DNA of 57,339 bases from an uncultured beta proteobacterium (GTDB lineage: Bacteria > Pseudomonadota > Gammaproteobacteria > Burkholderiales > Burkholderiaceae_C). The notes beneath the pieces are model-generated. The model saw nothing but the letters and a program-made list of their open reading frames with translations. It was not told where the DNA came from and did no database searches. The position numbers were made by a program, and so were the translations under genes. This document shows positions 29,322 through 39,900 of this stretch, in pieces. How positions within the stretch are numbered: position 1 is the stretch's first letter; every line of letters begins with the position of its first letter. Location: NCBI GenBank assembly GCA_903876045.1, contig CAIQYP010000535.1:1-57339 (forward strand), in the 5' to 3' direction.

Positions 29322-30890
29322 CTAAAAGTGTCGTAGCTTCACCAGAATCTGCATGACCACGGCTCCAAGGGAGAATCCAATAACCAATGCGATCAGCCAT
29401 TGCAGCATGCGGTTGGTACGCTTTTGCTCCTGCAACAGCTCAAGCGCGAGTTTGTCAGACTGGGGGCTTTCCTTGCCGCGCTTCAGGTAGCTATGTAGCA
29501 GCATGGGCAACTCGGGAAGCAACTTGGCATAGTGCGGCGCTTGAGCTTTGAGCTGCTCAAAAAACTTCTGAGGGCCCACCTGTTCCAACATCCACTTTTC
29601 CAGAAATGGCTTGGCTGTGGCCCAAAGGTCAAGCTCAGGGTCAAGCTCCCGCCCCAGTCCTTCGATGTTCAGCAAGGTTTTTTGCAGCAGCACCAGTTGC
29701 GGCTGAATCTCCACTTGAAAACGGCGCGACATCTGGAACAGACGCATCAGCAGCAAGCCCAGCGAGATTTCCTTCAGCGGTCGGTCGAAATACGGCTCGC
29801 ACACCGAGCGCACGGCGGCTTCCAACTCGTCCACACGCGTCGAGGTGGGCACCCAACCCGACTCGATGTGCAACTCAGCCACGCGCTTGTAGTCACGCCG
29901 GAAAAAGGCTGCGAAATTCTGCGCTAAATACTCCTTGTCGACCTCGGTGAGCGTGCCCACGATGCCGAAATCCAGCGAAATATAGCGTCCGAAAGTTTTG
30001 GGATCCAGACTGACCTGAATGTTGCCCGGGTGCATGTCGGCGTGGAAAAATCCGTCGCGAAACACCTGGGTAAAAAAGATCGTTACACCATCGCGCGCCA
30101 ACTTAGGGATATCGACACCAGCAGAGCGCAAACGCTCGACCTGGCTGATCGGTACACCGTTCATGCGCTCCATGACCAGCACTTCGGTACTGCAAAAGTC
30201 CCACAGCATTTCCGGAATCAGCACCAGTTGCAAACCTTCCATATTGCGGCGCAGTTGCGCAGCACTGGAAGCCTCCCGGATCAAATCCAACTCGTCGTGA
30301 AGGTACTTATCAAACTCAGCCACCACTTCGCGCGGTTTCAGTCGCTTGCCGTCACTGGACAAACCATCGACCCAACCGGCCATCATGCGCATCAGGCTCA
30401 GGTCCTTGTCGATTGCCGACAACATACCTGGGCGCAAGACCTTCACCGCTACGTCACGCTCTCGCCCGCTGCGGTCCTTGATGACCGCAAAATGCACCTG
30501 GGCAATCGAAGCGCTGGCAATCGGCTCCTGCTCGAAAGAAACAAAGATATCCGTAAGGGAGCGGCGCAGCGAGCGCTCAATAATCGCCACCGCTTGCGCG
30601 GCGGGAAACGGTGGCACACGGTCCTGCAGCCGCGCCAATTCATCGGCAATATCCAGCGGCATAAGGTCGCGCCGGGTGGACAGAACTTGTCCAAATTTGA
30701 CAAATATCGGCCCCAGACGCTCCAGTGCCTCACGCAGGCGCTGACCACGCGGCTCGTGCCGCCGCCCCACCGATACCACGCGGGCAATCCAGTGCAACCA
30801 GGGCTTTTGAAAACTGGAGAGTACCAACTCATCCAGACCGTAACGCAGGACGATCCAGACGATATACAAACCGCGGAACAGCCGACTCAT
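29322..30890 (-). CDS. ubiB: Ubiquinone biosynthesis kinase-like protein UbiB
   Basis: [44 protein letters not shown]. Confidence 0.96.
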   Translation of the reverse strand: MSRLFRGLYIVWIVLRYGLDELVLSSFQKPWLHWIARVVSVGRRHEPRGQRLREALERLGPIFVKFGQVLSTRRDLMPLDIADELARLQDRVPPFPAAQAVAIIERSLRRSLTDIFVSFEQEPIASASIAQVHFAVIKDRSGRERDVAVKVLRPGMLSAIDKDLSLMRMMAGWVDGLSSDGKRLKPREVVAEFDKYLHDELDLIREASSAAQLRRNMEGLQLVLIPEMLWDFCSTEVLVMERMNGVPISQVERLRSAGVDIPKLARDGVTIFFTQVFRDGFFHADMHPGNIQVSLDPKTFGRYISLDFGIVGTLTEVDKEYLAQNFAAFFRRDYKRVAELHIESGWVPTSTRVDELEAAVRSVCEPYFDRPLKEISLGLLLMRLFQMSRRFQVEIQPQLVLLQKTLLNIEGLGRELDPELDLWATAKPFLEKWMLEQVGPQKFFEQLKAQAPHYAKLLPELPMLLHSYLKRGKESPQSDKLALELLQEQKRTNRMLQWLIALVIGFSLGAVVMQILVKLRHF

Positions 30891-31447
30891 GCAGCGTTGC
30901 CGGTATTCGCTTCGGAAGCGGTTTTATCTTTCGCCTTTTGACCCAAAAAATCCCGCAATGCGCCTGAAATCTTGCGCCCGGCTTCGACCAGCATGTGCGA
31001 AGGGGCATCACCTACGATCCGTGACAGGTCTTCTTCGACATCCCAACGCACGTTGTCTGCCAACCAGTTGACTTCGGCTGCCAGTTGAACATCGCCTTCG
31101 ATGCGAACCGGTGGCTTGGTACCTTGAAAAAGACTCTGCACCAGGGCGAACGGAGACTCTTCGGTGAGCACCAGCGTCAAATCGGGTGTGGCACCTTCGT
31201 CTGCCAAGTCCAACAGACCTGCAGGTGTGACCAAAAGCTTGAAAGTGAAACTGCGCCACTGGGCCAGCACGACCCTGCCCGACTGGCGCACCAGACGTTG
31301 CATGGCCTGGGGTTCCTGCATGAGCACATGGTTGAGCACCAGCACGCACTTGCGGTGGGTCTCGTCAATGGCCCAGGCGGGCGGTGTGGGAACAGGAAGA
31401 GATTTGAAAAAGTCTTCCACGAATGAAAAGGGGGACTGTGTTGCCAT
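30887..31447 (-). CDS. ubiJ: UbiJ-like SCP2 lipid-binding protein
   Basis: [30 protein letters not shown]; lies between ubiE/Tim44 and ubiB. Confidence 0.8.
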   Translation of the reverse strand: MATQSPFSFVEDFFKSLPVPTPPAWAIDETHRKCVLVLNHVLMQEPQAMQRLVRQSGRVVLAQWRSFTFKLLVTPAGLLDLADEGATPDLTLVLTEESPFALVQSLFQGTKPPVRIEGDVQLAAEVNWLADNVRWDVEEDLSRIVGDAPSHMLVEAGRKISGALRDFLGQKAKDKTASEANTGNAA

Positions 31448-31488
31448 AAATGAGATTATCCCGCACCTCTATGGCGACCGCGTGTCTT

Positions 31489-31583
31489 AACTCAGGAACA
31501 CCGTGGAACCGGCTCCGCCGGGCCACTGGTGTTGCCCCCTGTAAGGGGGAAAGCGGCCACACGCAGTGGGCAAGCCGGGGGGG
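31489..31583 (+). repeat. REP-like palindromic intergenic repeat, family A, copy 2
   Basis: AACTCAGG-AACACC-GTGGAACCGGC-TCC-GCCGGGCCACT-GGTGTT-GCCCCCTGTAAGGGGGA; homologous to 4449..4529. Confidence 0.75.
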
Positions 31584-31585
31584 CC

Positions 31586-32557
31586 TTATTGCAAGGCTTG
31601 CACGCCGGCTACCAGCCAGCCAGCGCCACCACTCTTGGGCTTCGTCATGTTCCAGACTTCACGGAAGGGGCTGGGACCAGCCGAAGGCTCTTCACGAATC
31701 ATGCCGGAGAACTCTACGCTCGCCATGTATTCGTCGGCCAATTCTTCAATGCCTAACAGGTGCGCTTCGATCATCACCACTTCGGTGCTATTGGGCGTGG
31801 CGCCAGTGTGGGCTTCACGCTCGGCCAACTGATTGCGTATCTCACCAAGCATGGAGTCGGTCATCATGGCACGCAAGGCGGGAATGTCGGACCGATCCCA
31901 GGCGGCTTGCAAGGTCACGAAATTGCTTTTGGCCGCTCGCAAGAATCCTTCACTATCAAACCCGTCCGGTACACCCCAGCTTTGCGAGCCCATTAGTGCC
32001 GAGCCGATCATGGAGCCACCGCCGTCAAGGGGTGTCATACCGCTGCGCTCGAAAGGTCGGGCCGAAGCGTCATTGCCCACGTTCTCGGGGCGATAAGGCT
32101 GCGCAACTGGCATGGGAGCGCGACCCGCGCCCTGGAACGCGAACGGACTACCTTGCGCAGTGGCTGCACTGTTGCGGCGACGCATAAACATGCCAATCAG
32201 CATCATGACGCCCAAAGCCAGCACGCCAAACATCAGGATTTGGCCAAAGGCCTCGCCCATACCCAGAGAATGGGCAAGCCAAGCCAAGCCCAAACCAGCG
32301 GCCAAACCGCCCAGCATGGCGCCCCAAGGGCGGCGCGCAGGCGCCACAGGGGCCGGTGCCGCACCCATCGGGGCCGGCTTGGCCGCATTGTTCACGTTCT
32401 GGGTGGGCGCGGCGGGGGTAGCGGGCGGGGTGCTCCGCTGCGTCACGTTGCTGGACTGTTTACCAAAAGACAAACCACCACCCAGACGCTTGGCGGCCTC
32501 GGCGTTCACACCGCCCAATGCCATTGCCAACGTCAAAACCACAACAGACCACTTCAT
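31586..32557 (-). CDS. Tim44-domain protein
   Basis: AKRLGGG.SFG, GGLAAGLGL TM, FVTLQAAWD, FSGMIRE, FREVWNM, WLVAGVQ. Confidence 0.9.
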   Translation of the reverse strand: MKWSVVVLTLAMALGGVNAEAAKRLGGGLSFGKQSSNVTQRSTPPATPAAPTQNVNNAAKPAPMGAAPAPVAPARRPWGAMLGGLAAGLGLAWLAHSLGMGEAFGQILMFGVLALGVMMLIGMFMRRRNSAATAQGSPFAFQGAGRAPMPVAQPYRPENVGNDASARPFERSGMTPLDGGGSMIGSALMGSQSWGVPDGFDSEGFLRAAKSNFVTLQAAWDRSDIPALRAMMTDSMLGEIRNQLAEREAHTGATPNSTEVVMIEAHLLGIEELADEYMASVEFSGMIREEPSAGPSPFREVWNMTKPKSGGAGWLVAGVQALQ

Positions 32558-32579
32558 GATTGCTCCAAAAAACCTTTAA

Positions 32580-33311
32580 TCAACACTTGATTCCAACATG
32601 CAACGCGGCCACGCCGCCGGTGAGGTTGTGGTAGTCCACATGTCCGAAACCACCTTTGTGCATCATGGCCTTTAGCTCCTTTTGGCCGGGGTGCATGCGA
32701 ATGGACTCGGCCAGATAACGGTAACTGGCATCGTCACCGGCTACCAGCTTGCCCAGGCGCGGCAACACCTTGAAGGAATACCAGTCGTAAGCCTTCTCCA
32801 GCGGTGCGGCAACCTTGGAAAACTCCAGCACCAGCAGCTTGCCACCGGGCTTGAGGACGCGGTTCATCTCAGCCAGGGCTACGTCCTTGTGTGTCATGTT
32901 GCGCAAACCGAAGGCCACGCTGACCAGATCAAAATAATTGCTGGCAAAGGGCAGCTTTTCTGCGTCGCATACCAGCGTCGGCAGGGACACACCAAGGTCC
33001 AACAAGCGATTGCGCCCGGTGCTGAGCATGGCTTCGTTGATATCGGTATGAACCACCTGACCACCAGCGCCAACCTTTTTCGAAAATGCCAATGCCAAGT
33101 CACCGGTGCCGCCAGCAATGTCCAGAGCGCGGTCACCTTCTTTGAGATTGGCCACCATCAAGGTATAGGCCTTCCAGACCCGGTGCAAACCTGCGGACAT
33201 GAGATCGTTCATCAGGTCGTATTTGGGCGCGACCGAATCGAAAACGCTGCGAACTTTGCGGGCCTTTTCGGCCTCGTCAACGGATTCAAAACCGAAATGG
33301 GTAGTAGTCAT
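32580..33311 (-). CDS. ubiE: Ubiquinone/menaquinone C-methyltransferase
   Basis: [46 protein letters not shown]. Confidence 0.97.
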   Translation of the reverse strand: MTTTHFGFESVDEAEKARKVRSVFDSVAPKYDLMNDLMSAGLHRVWKAYTLMVANLKEGDRALDIAGGTGDLALAFSKKVGAGGQVVHTDINEAMLSTGRNRLLDLGVSLPTLVCDAEKLPFASNYFDLVSVAFGLRNMTHKDVALAEMNRVLKPGGKLLVLEFSKVAAPLEKAYDWYSFKVLPRLGKLVAGDDASYRYLAESIRMHPGQKELKAMMHKGGFGHVDYHNLTGGVAALHVGIKC

Positions 33312-33414
33312 GCACCGATTTTAAGCAGTTCACCGCGGCAAGCGCGATAAACACGGTGCATTCTGCTATCTAGTCGTTAGCGCGTTGCGTTTACGCACGC
33401 GCTTGGTGCCGCAG

Positions 33415-33834
33415 CTAGTGGCTCGCGCAACTGTGTCCGTCTTTGGCGATCATGGGAGCGTCGCGATCGACAGCCGCAGCGTTGAGGCGTTGGGCATAGT
33501 CTTCCCACAGCTTCTCTTGTTGAGAGCCCAGGAAATACAGGTAATCCCAAGAAAAAATGCCGGTGTCGTGTCCATCGGAAAAACGTGGCTGGACGGCGTA
33601 ATTGCCCACCGGCTCCAGGCCAGTCAAGTCGACCAGACGCTTGCCGGTCTGCAGGGTCTCCTGCCCCGGGCCATGGCCCGCAACTTCAGCCGATGGCGAA
33701 TACACGCGCATCAACTCAAACGGAATGCGAAAAGACGCTCCGTCCGAGAAACTGATTTCCAGCACGCGCGACTGCGCGTGCACCGTGAGGGCCTGTGGAG
33801 TGGGCGAAACTGTTTTTGTACCGGTCATGGCCAT
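33415..33834 (-). CDS. DUF971 / gamma-butyrobetaine hydroxylase-like N-terminal domain protein
   Basis: ELMRVYSPSAEV.GHG, PVGNYAV..FSDGHDTGIFSWDYL. Confidence 0.9.
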   Translation of the reverse strand: MAMTGTKTVSPTPQALTVHAQSRVLEISFSDGASFRIPFELMRVYSPSAEVAGHGPGQETLQTGKRLVDLTGLEPVGNYAVQPRFSDGHDTGIFSWDYLYFLGSQQEKLWEDYAQRLNAAAVDRDAPMIAKDGHSCASH

Positions 33835-33892
33835 ATTCTACGAAGCGAAGCACAAATCACAGTTGTGGGGTTTTACCAGCGAAGGTAGGGAC

Positions 33893-35533
33893 TCAGAACC
33901 GCGCCGTAAGGTTAACGTGCAACTTTTCGTCTCCTGCCTTGGGGATCAGCGCACCGCCATTGATCGGCACATTTGCACCACTCACGATGTGACCCCAGTC
34001 GGCCGACAGGTTCAACCAGCCCAGGCTGTACCTCAAGCCCAGGCCTGCGCTTGAGAGCTGATCACTTGCACCTTTGCCTGCCGTGGTGGCCGCCGTGTTG
34101 TTGCTGCTGAGCCAACCTCCATCCACAAAGCCCAGCAACCGTAATCCCCTGAACACCTCGGGCGTGGTCATCTCCAGCGTCATGGATGCACCTGAGTCCC
34201 CCGACAGAATGCGCTCACCCGTGCCGCGCACCGAGCCTGCACCACCCAGGCCAAACTGCTCACCCGATATCAGCGCCGAGCCGCTGTATTGCAACTGGCC
34301 GCGCACGCTCCACAGCCAGCCCGAATCCATCGAAGCCAAATAATTGGCGCCCATATGCACCACATTCCAATCCACCGTCTGCATGCGCGCGTCCTCGGTC
34401 TTGTAGGCCGCCAGCGTGTTGCCGTTACTGCCCGACAGATTGGCTGCGATATCGGCGTTGTAGCCCCACACCGCCTTGTCGGACTCCACCTTAGCGGTGT
34501 AGCCAAAGGTCAACGGGCGGCTGCCCCGTTGCATCTGGCCGGGCACCTCCACCCCGTTGATCTTGCTGATGTTGAACAGCTTCTCATCCAGCGCCACGCT
34601 CAGGTAGGTGCGTCTGCCACCCAACGGAGGCAGATACAGGTTGTAGTTGACCCCAAACGTCTCACCCGCACCGGAGCTATTGAAGCTGCCAAAGCTGCCC
34701 ACCACGTCCGAGCTGGTGTAGCTCAGACCAACCACGCCACCCTGTGCATAAAGAGGTATGCGGTAGTTCAACCCCAGTTGCTTAACGTTTTGCGCGCGCT
34801 CCAGCGAGCTGGTGTAAGCCATCGAGAACTGGTGGTCCAGATCAAAAAGATTGGAGTGACCCAGCACCAACGCCAGGCGGTCGTTGCCGGTGGCGTCCGA
34901 TCCGGTATTGGATAGGCTGGTGGAGAAGATCAACGGATCGCTGGCTTTGACCAGCAGTTTGACGTCAATCTTTTCTGGCTCGTCAGACTCCTTGAGCGAG
35001 GCCTGCACCTGCTTGGATGGGTTCTCGTTGGCTATCGCAGTCTGTACCGCCAGGGTGCGGAAGTTAGGGGCCTGGCCTTCTTGCAGTTCGGGCAGGCTGT
35101 GGCGGATGTTCTTCTCGCTCACCTTGCCCTGGCTCTCCACCGTGATCTTGCCGATGACAAACTTGATCACGTTGAAGCTGACCTTGTTGCCCACCTCCTG
35201 CGGCGGCAGGGTGACGCGGTGCAAGGCATAGCCCTTTTCCTTGAGTGCGGCTTCCAAGGCAGCACCGGCCTGTTGCAACGTGCTCAGGTTGCCGTTGGTG
35301 CGGATGTACGGGGCCAGAATCCGGCTGGTGTCATCGCTGCTGAGCGGAATATCTCCGTTGAGCTCAAAGCCCCGAATGGGGAAGGTGGCTGTTGCCCCCG
35401 TGGCCTCGGGCATGGTCTGCTGGGCCTGCGCTGAGGCTGCTGCCAACAACATCCCGATGGCTGTCAATCGCTTCACAGATTTGCTGTCGAACTTGCAGTT
35501 AGGTAACTGGGCCATCACATTGAACATGGTCAT
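33893..35533 (-). CDS. TpsB (ShlB/FhaC/HecB-family) outer-membrane transporter
   Basis: Signal peptide, POTRA (GYALHRVTLPPQEV), NTGS..TG..RL, EQFGLGGAGSVRG (VRGY-like loop), C-terminal Phe; GAGGAG RBS before ATG 35533. Confidence 0.92.
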   Translation of the reverse strand: MTMFNVMAQLPNCKFDSKSVKRLTAIGMLLAAASAQAQQTMPEATGATATFPIRGFELNGDIPLSSDDTSRILAPYIRTNGNLSTLQQAGAALEAALKEKGYALHRVTLPPQEVGNKVSFNVIKFVIGKITVESQGKVSEKNIRHSLPELQEGQAPNFRTLAVQTAIANENPSKQVQASLKESDEPEKIDVKLLVKASDPLIFSTSLSNTGSDATGNDRLALVLGHSNLFDLDHQFSMAYTSSLERAQNVKQLGLNYRIPLYAQGGVVGLSYTSSDVVGSFGSFNSSGAGETFGVNYNLYLPPLGGRRTYLSVALDEKLFNISKINGVEVPGQMQRGSRPLTFGYTAKVESDKAVWGYNADIAANLSGSNGNTLAAYKTEDARMQTVDWNVVHMGANYLASMDSGWLWSVRGQLQYSGSALISGEQFGLGGAGSVRGTGERILSGDSGASMTLEMTTPEVFRGLRLLGFVDGGWLSSNNTAATTAGKGASDQLSSAGLGLRYSLGWLNLSADWGHIVSGANVPINGGALIPKAGDEKLHVNLTARF

Positions 35534-35544
35534 TTTGGCTCTCC

Positions 35545-36915
35545 TCAACGGCACATGTTGTTGGCGCCACCACCGGCGGCGTCGTTGAGCAGATTCACCA
35601 GCATCGGGTTCAGGCTGTTGGGCATGGGCACGCTGTCGTACTGGATGAACAGGGGCAAATCATCCGGGCGCCCGGTGCGTCCATCGAAACCGGCAAAGCC
35701 CGTTTCTCCACGGCCCAAGTCCAGCACCTCTTTGCTTGAGGTGATCTGGATATGGCCATCGCGCACGTACACGAACAGCCCCTCGTCATCGGGCGACACG
35801 CCTCCCGATGAGAACAACTGCTGCACGTTGACCGGCACCGTATCCGGGCGTGGCAAATCCTCCAGCGTGGGCGCGCTGATCGGATGCATGCCTGCCTTGT
35901 CCACATACAGACCCTCGCCTGCATTGAGCACCTGTAACGCGGTCTCGCCGTTAGGCTTGACCTCAATCGTGCCCAGCCAGGTAAAGAAGTTGCAGGCCGC
36001 CACAGTCTGGCAGTCCATGTCCAGGCCGGTGCCCCGAATGCCAATGGTGGCCGTGGGGGTGGTAAAGCCCACGTTGCGGTTGTTGGCCTTGCCAATCAAG
36101 CCGGTGAGTGCGCGCAGCGAGCCTTGCAGCAGCTTCACCAGAAAGCGGCCTTCAGCCGGCGCCTTCTGGTCATACACAAAGCTCTCCACCTTGAACTGGG
36201 TGTTGGCCCCCAGCGTTAAGCGGCTGTCGTCCCGAAATGCCAGGATCACCCTGGCACCGGGCCCGGTCTGCACGACATCCCCCGGATAAACCGAAGCCCC
36301 GTCATAGACCATGCGCTTTTGGCCCTGGCCGTCTGTGGCGGATATTTCCCCCTTGGCGTCCACCAGCTTGGCGCTGGCGATGATGGCGTTAGGCCTGGCC
36401 TTGTCGCGCACCTTGGCCGACTCGGCCTTGCACTCCGGCCCGCACAGGCGCACATCAAAGTCCGTGCCGCGGATACCCACGGTGGCGGTGCTGGTCTGAA
36501 TCTTGGCAGCGTTGGGTGAACCCTTGGAGATCAGCCCGGTGATGGCCCGAAAGCCTCCGCGCAGCAACTGCATCACCATGCTGTTGTCTTCCTTGATCGT
36601 GCCGTCATAGCGGTAGGTCTGCATGATCAGTTCAGAGTTGGGCCGCAAGGTAAGCCGCGTGCCGTCCTGCAGCTTGACGATGGCCATGGCACCTTCGGCC
36701 GTGGTCAGCCGGTCGCCCTGCTCCAGCGCCAAGCCTTTGCCCATGGTGCGCGGTAGTTTGCCGGGCGCCTGCGCCACCGCAGCTCCGCGAGAGAACTCCA
36801 CTTCACCTGCACTTTGCGCCCATGTGTGCAAGGGCGTCTGCCAAAGCAGAAGGCCCAGCACGGCGGTGGTGATGCGGGTACCAAGCCCGGGTCCAGTTAC
36901 GGTTACGGCTTGCAT
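35545..36915 (-). CDS. Secreted protein with two FecR-like domains
   Basis: Sec signal (…TWA|Q); two repeats of GD...T...DG/DS.LTL..N....G..RA.TGLI.K...T.TAT.GIRGT; ends NMCR. Confidence 0.85.
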   Translation of the reverse strand: MQAVTVTGPGLGTRITTAVLGLLLWQTPLHTWAQSAGEVEFSRGAAVAQAPGKLPRTMGKGLALEQGDRLTTAEGAMAIVKLQDGTRLTLRPNSELIMQTYRYDGTIKEDNSMVMQLLRGGFRAITGLISKGSPNAAKIQTSTATVGIRGTDFDVRLCGPECKAESAKVRDKARPNAIIASAKLVDAKGEISATDGQGQKRMVYDGASVYPGDVVQTGPGARVILAFRDDSRLTLGANTQFKVESFVYDQKAPAEGRFLVKLLQGSLRALTGLIGKANNRNVGFTTPTATIGIRGTGLDMDCQTVAACNFFTWLGTIEVKPNGETALQVLNAGEGLYVDKAGMHPISAPTLEDLPRPDTVPVNVQQLFSSGGVSPDDEGLFVYVRDGHIQITSSKEVLDLGRGETGFAGFDGRTGRPDDLPLFIQYDSVPMPNSLNPMLVNLLNDAAGGGANNMCR

Positions 36916-39900
36916 ATTTCACCCTCAACCACGATGCCCTCCAGGCCTCGTTGTGCTAGTCCCAATGGATCGTCAATGGAGGCCACCTGCTGCGCATCCA
37001 GCACCGCCTGGAACTGGTCCAGGAATGCCACCACAAAATCAGTCGCACCACCACTCAGGGTGGCAGCTATCCACGGCGGCATGTAGGACACACCGTTGAC
37101 GCTGTACGTCACCGGGTTGCCTATGCTGTAGGCACCGGGCCCGAAGGTCAGGCTGCCCGCAATCGTGCTCACATCAATGCCCAGCGCTGCACTGAGCCGG
37201 CTGTTTTGAATAAAGTTGTTGTAGGACTGAATGGAGATGCCGCCACCCGTGGACGTCATCGACCCGTTGAGCGTGATATTGCTGGTCAGGTTCTTCGTCA
37301 ATGCGGCCAGCACAATGTTGCCGCTGGCAGTTACCCCACCACTAACGGTGATGGGGCTGTGGGTCTCTATCGACAAGTTCCCGTTGGCAAGCGTGATGCC
37401 CTGCACATCAAGCGCTCCGTTGTTGTAAAGGCTAATGTCACCGGTACCCGTCGTGCTTGCGTTAAAGGCCGATATCGCATTGCCTGTGTCGGTCAACATC
37501 ACCCCGTTTGCTGCGCTCACTTTTAGAAGCCCCGCAGTAACCAGCGGCGCGGTCTGGCTGATGGCGCCATTCACGGCCTGCAGGGAAATGCTGGAGCCAC
37601 TGATGCTGCCCGCCACCAGATTGCCGCTAGCCTGGGTGATCGATACCGGACCTGTCATCGCGATGCTGCCTGCGGACTGGCTGAAGCTGTTAGTCACGGT
37701 TAGTGCACCCGTGCCCGTTAGAGCGCCACCGGTCTGGATATAGCTTGGTGTTATCAGGTCACCGTTAACAGTCAAGGCACCGCTTTGCAGTGTGAAGCTT
37801 CCGGTGGCATTGATTGACTGTATCGATGTCGGCACAGTCAAGTCGTATATGGCGTTGGTGACGCTAAGACTCTGCGGCAGCAACACGTTGACCCCATCTG
37901 GCACATAAGAACTGCTCCAGTTTCCGGAGCTACTCCACAATCCTGTCCCAGCTCCACCAGTCCAGGCCACTGTTAACGGGTTGACGGTGACGGTACCCGT
38001 GGCTGCACTTAATACATTCGGACCATAACCGGTCGGAGCAGTTAGGGTGCCGCTGTAGGTCACCGCATAAGGGCTTCCAAGCACGGGCGCGTTAACAGCA
38101 AACCCATTTGAAATAGCTGAAAGCGCTGACGTATAAGTCTCTTGCGTAAAGACGTTGCCATAAAGCGCCGCGTCAACAAGGCCGGTTATGACGAAGCCTG
38201 GAGCAACCGCAGCAGTACCGTACGTCTTGACGATATTCCCGTTTGTTAAGCTCACGCTAAGTGAAGGCACGGTACTAAACAGGTAACGATTTCCGGCTTC
38301 AGTCACAGGTTGATTAATGGTGTATGTCCTACCCCACAAAGGCAACTGGTCACTGATTAGGCCGCCAAAGCTATTGTTCGCTAGCGAACTGGAGTAAACA
38401 AGCCACCTGCCCGACGAGCTAAAAACTGCCGACCCAACGGTGTTCGACAGTCCTGTACCAGTGGCCACAACAATGTCGCCAGAAGTAGCAGTCACCGAAG
38501 ATGCCAGATTGACCGCGTTGGCCGACTGCAAAATCACACCACCATAACCACTCATGTTGGACGATACAGGTAAGGTGATGCTGCCACCAGCAAACGCTTT
38601 GACCGTTCCTAAACTGGCTGTCGTCGGACCGCTGAAAGTGAGTGAGTTGACGTCATTTATCCAGACATTAGTACCTTGACCGGAAAAACTGTTGAAGTTA
38701 TTCGTAATGCCGGATAGTCCAGATAGGCCCGCGGTCAGGTCAATAGTCCCTGCCGCATTGACAATAGTCGCACCGGTCACGGTAATCGTTCCGGCACTAG
38801 TCTCAGTAATGGATCCCAAAGTACTGGTGAGGTTCAGAGCTCCGACTGCCAAGTTTCCGTTAATAAAAAACGATCCGGTATTTATCAGACTGAGGCTTCC
38901 ACTCAAGTTGCCGGTGACGCTGCCCGCTGTCACCGTTGACCCCGCTGGAGCCCCCAGGCTCACCGTGCCGCCTTGAACATTGAGAAGGGTGGCTGTAATC
39001 GATGGCGCACTACCTGTTGTCACCGCAGTGTCTGTCTGCGAAAAGTTGATAGCGCTAGACAAAAGGTTCCTGACATTGATGTTGCTGAATGAACCCAACG
39101 TCACGTTACCGTTTGGTGCATTCAATGCCAAGTCTCCGATGCCTCCTCCTGAAACAAGGTCGATCCCAACGAAAATGTCAATGTTTCCATTTGCATTCAA
39201 AGTAAGTTTGTGCTGAGAATTCGGCACTGACAAACTCGTACCGGAAACAAGGATATTACCGGTCTGTGAACCGGTACCGGGTGAGGCCAAGCTTGTGTCA
39301 ACAATCACATCGAAACTTGCCAGCGCAGTAGCAATTGTTCCCACCGAAATACTGCTGGCGGTTCCAGTCGTGTTTAGGGCGTTAGAGAAGAACGTTTGCA
39401 CGCCAGTAGCCGTGCTGGACGTGAAAAACTGGTTGGCGCTTGTGATCTGAATGTCGGTTGGATCCAGAAGCCAGGTGCCTGGTTTACCGCCATTTACTGC
39501 ACTCGCATCCACCCTTATGCCATTCACATCCAAATGGGACCCAGAGGTTTCGACGAAACCACCATCGCCTCCTAATGCCCCCCCTTTAGCAGATATGGTC
39601 CCAAAAGCCGCTGTTGCAGTGGTTCCCCAAACAATAGCCCTACCGCCATCACCATTCACCGTGGCATCGGCCTTGATCGAGGCCTGCGGTCCAAAGTAGG
39701 TCACCGTCGAATTCTGAATCTCCGGGTTCTTGCCCTGTTTCTCTCCGCCCACCAGCACGGTGCCACCGCCGGATGCGCCGGATGCGTCCAGCACCGCGCT
39801 GTCCATCACCGCCACCCGGTTGCCCAATACTTCTATCTGCCCGCCCTTGCCAGTGGCACTGCTCACATCAATTTTGCCGCTGCCTTGCACATACGCATCG

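Noticed and set aside
31489-31583. tRNA or riboswitch-like multi-stem structure
   Set aside because: No TTC loop, anticodon arm or CCA, and no aptamer consensus I recognise; a second copy at 4449 indicates a repeat
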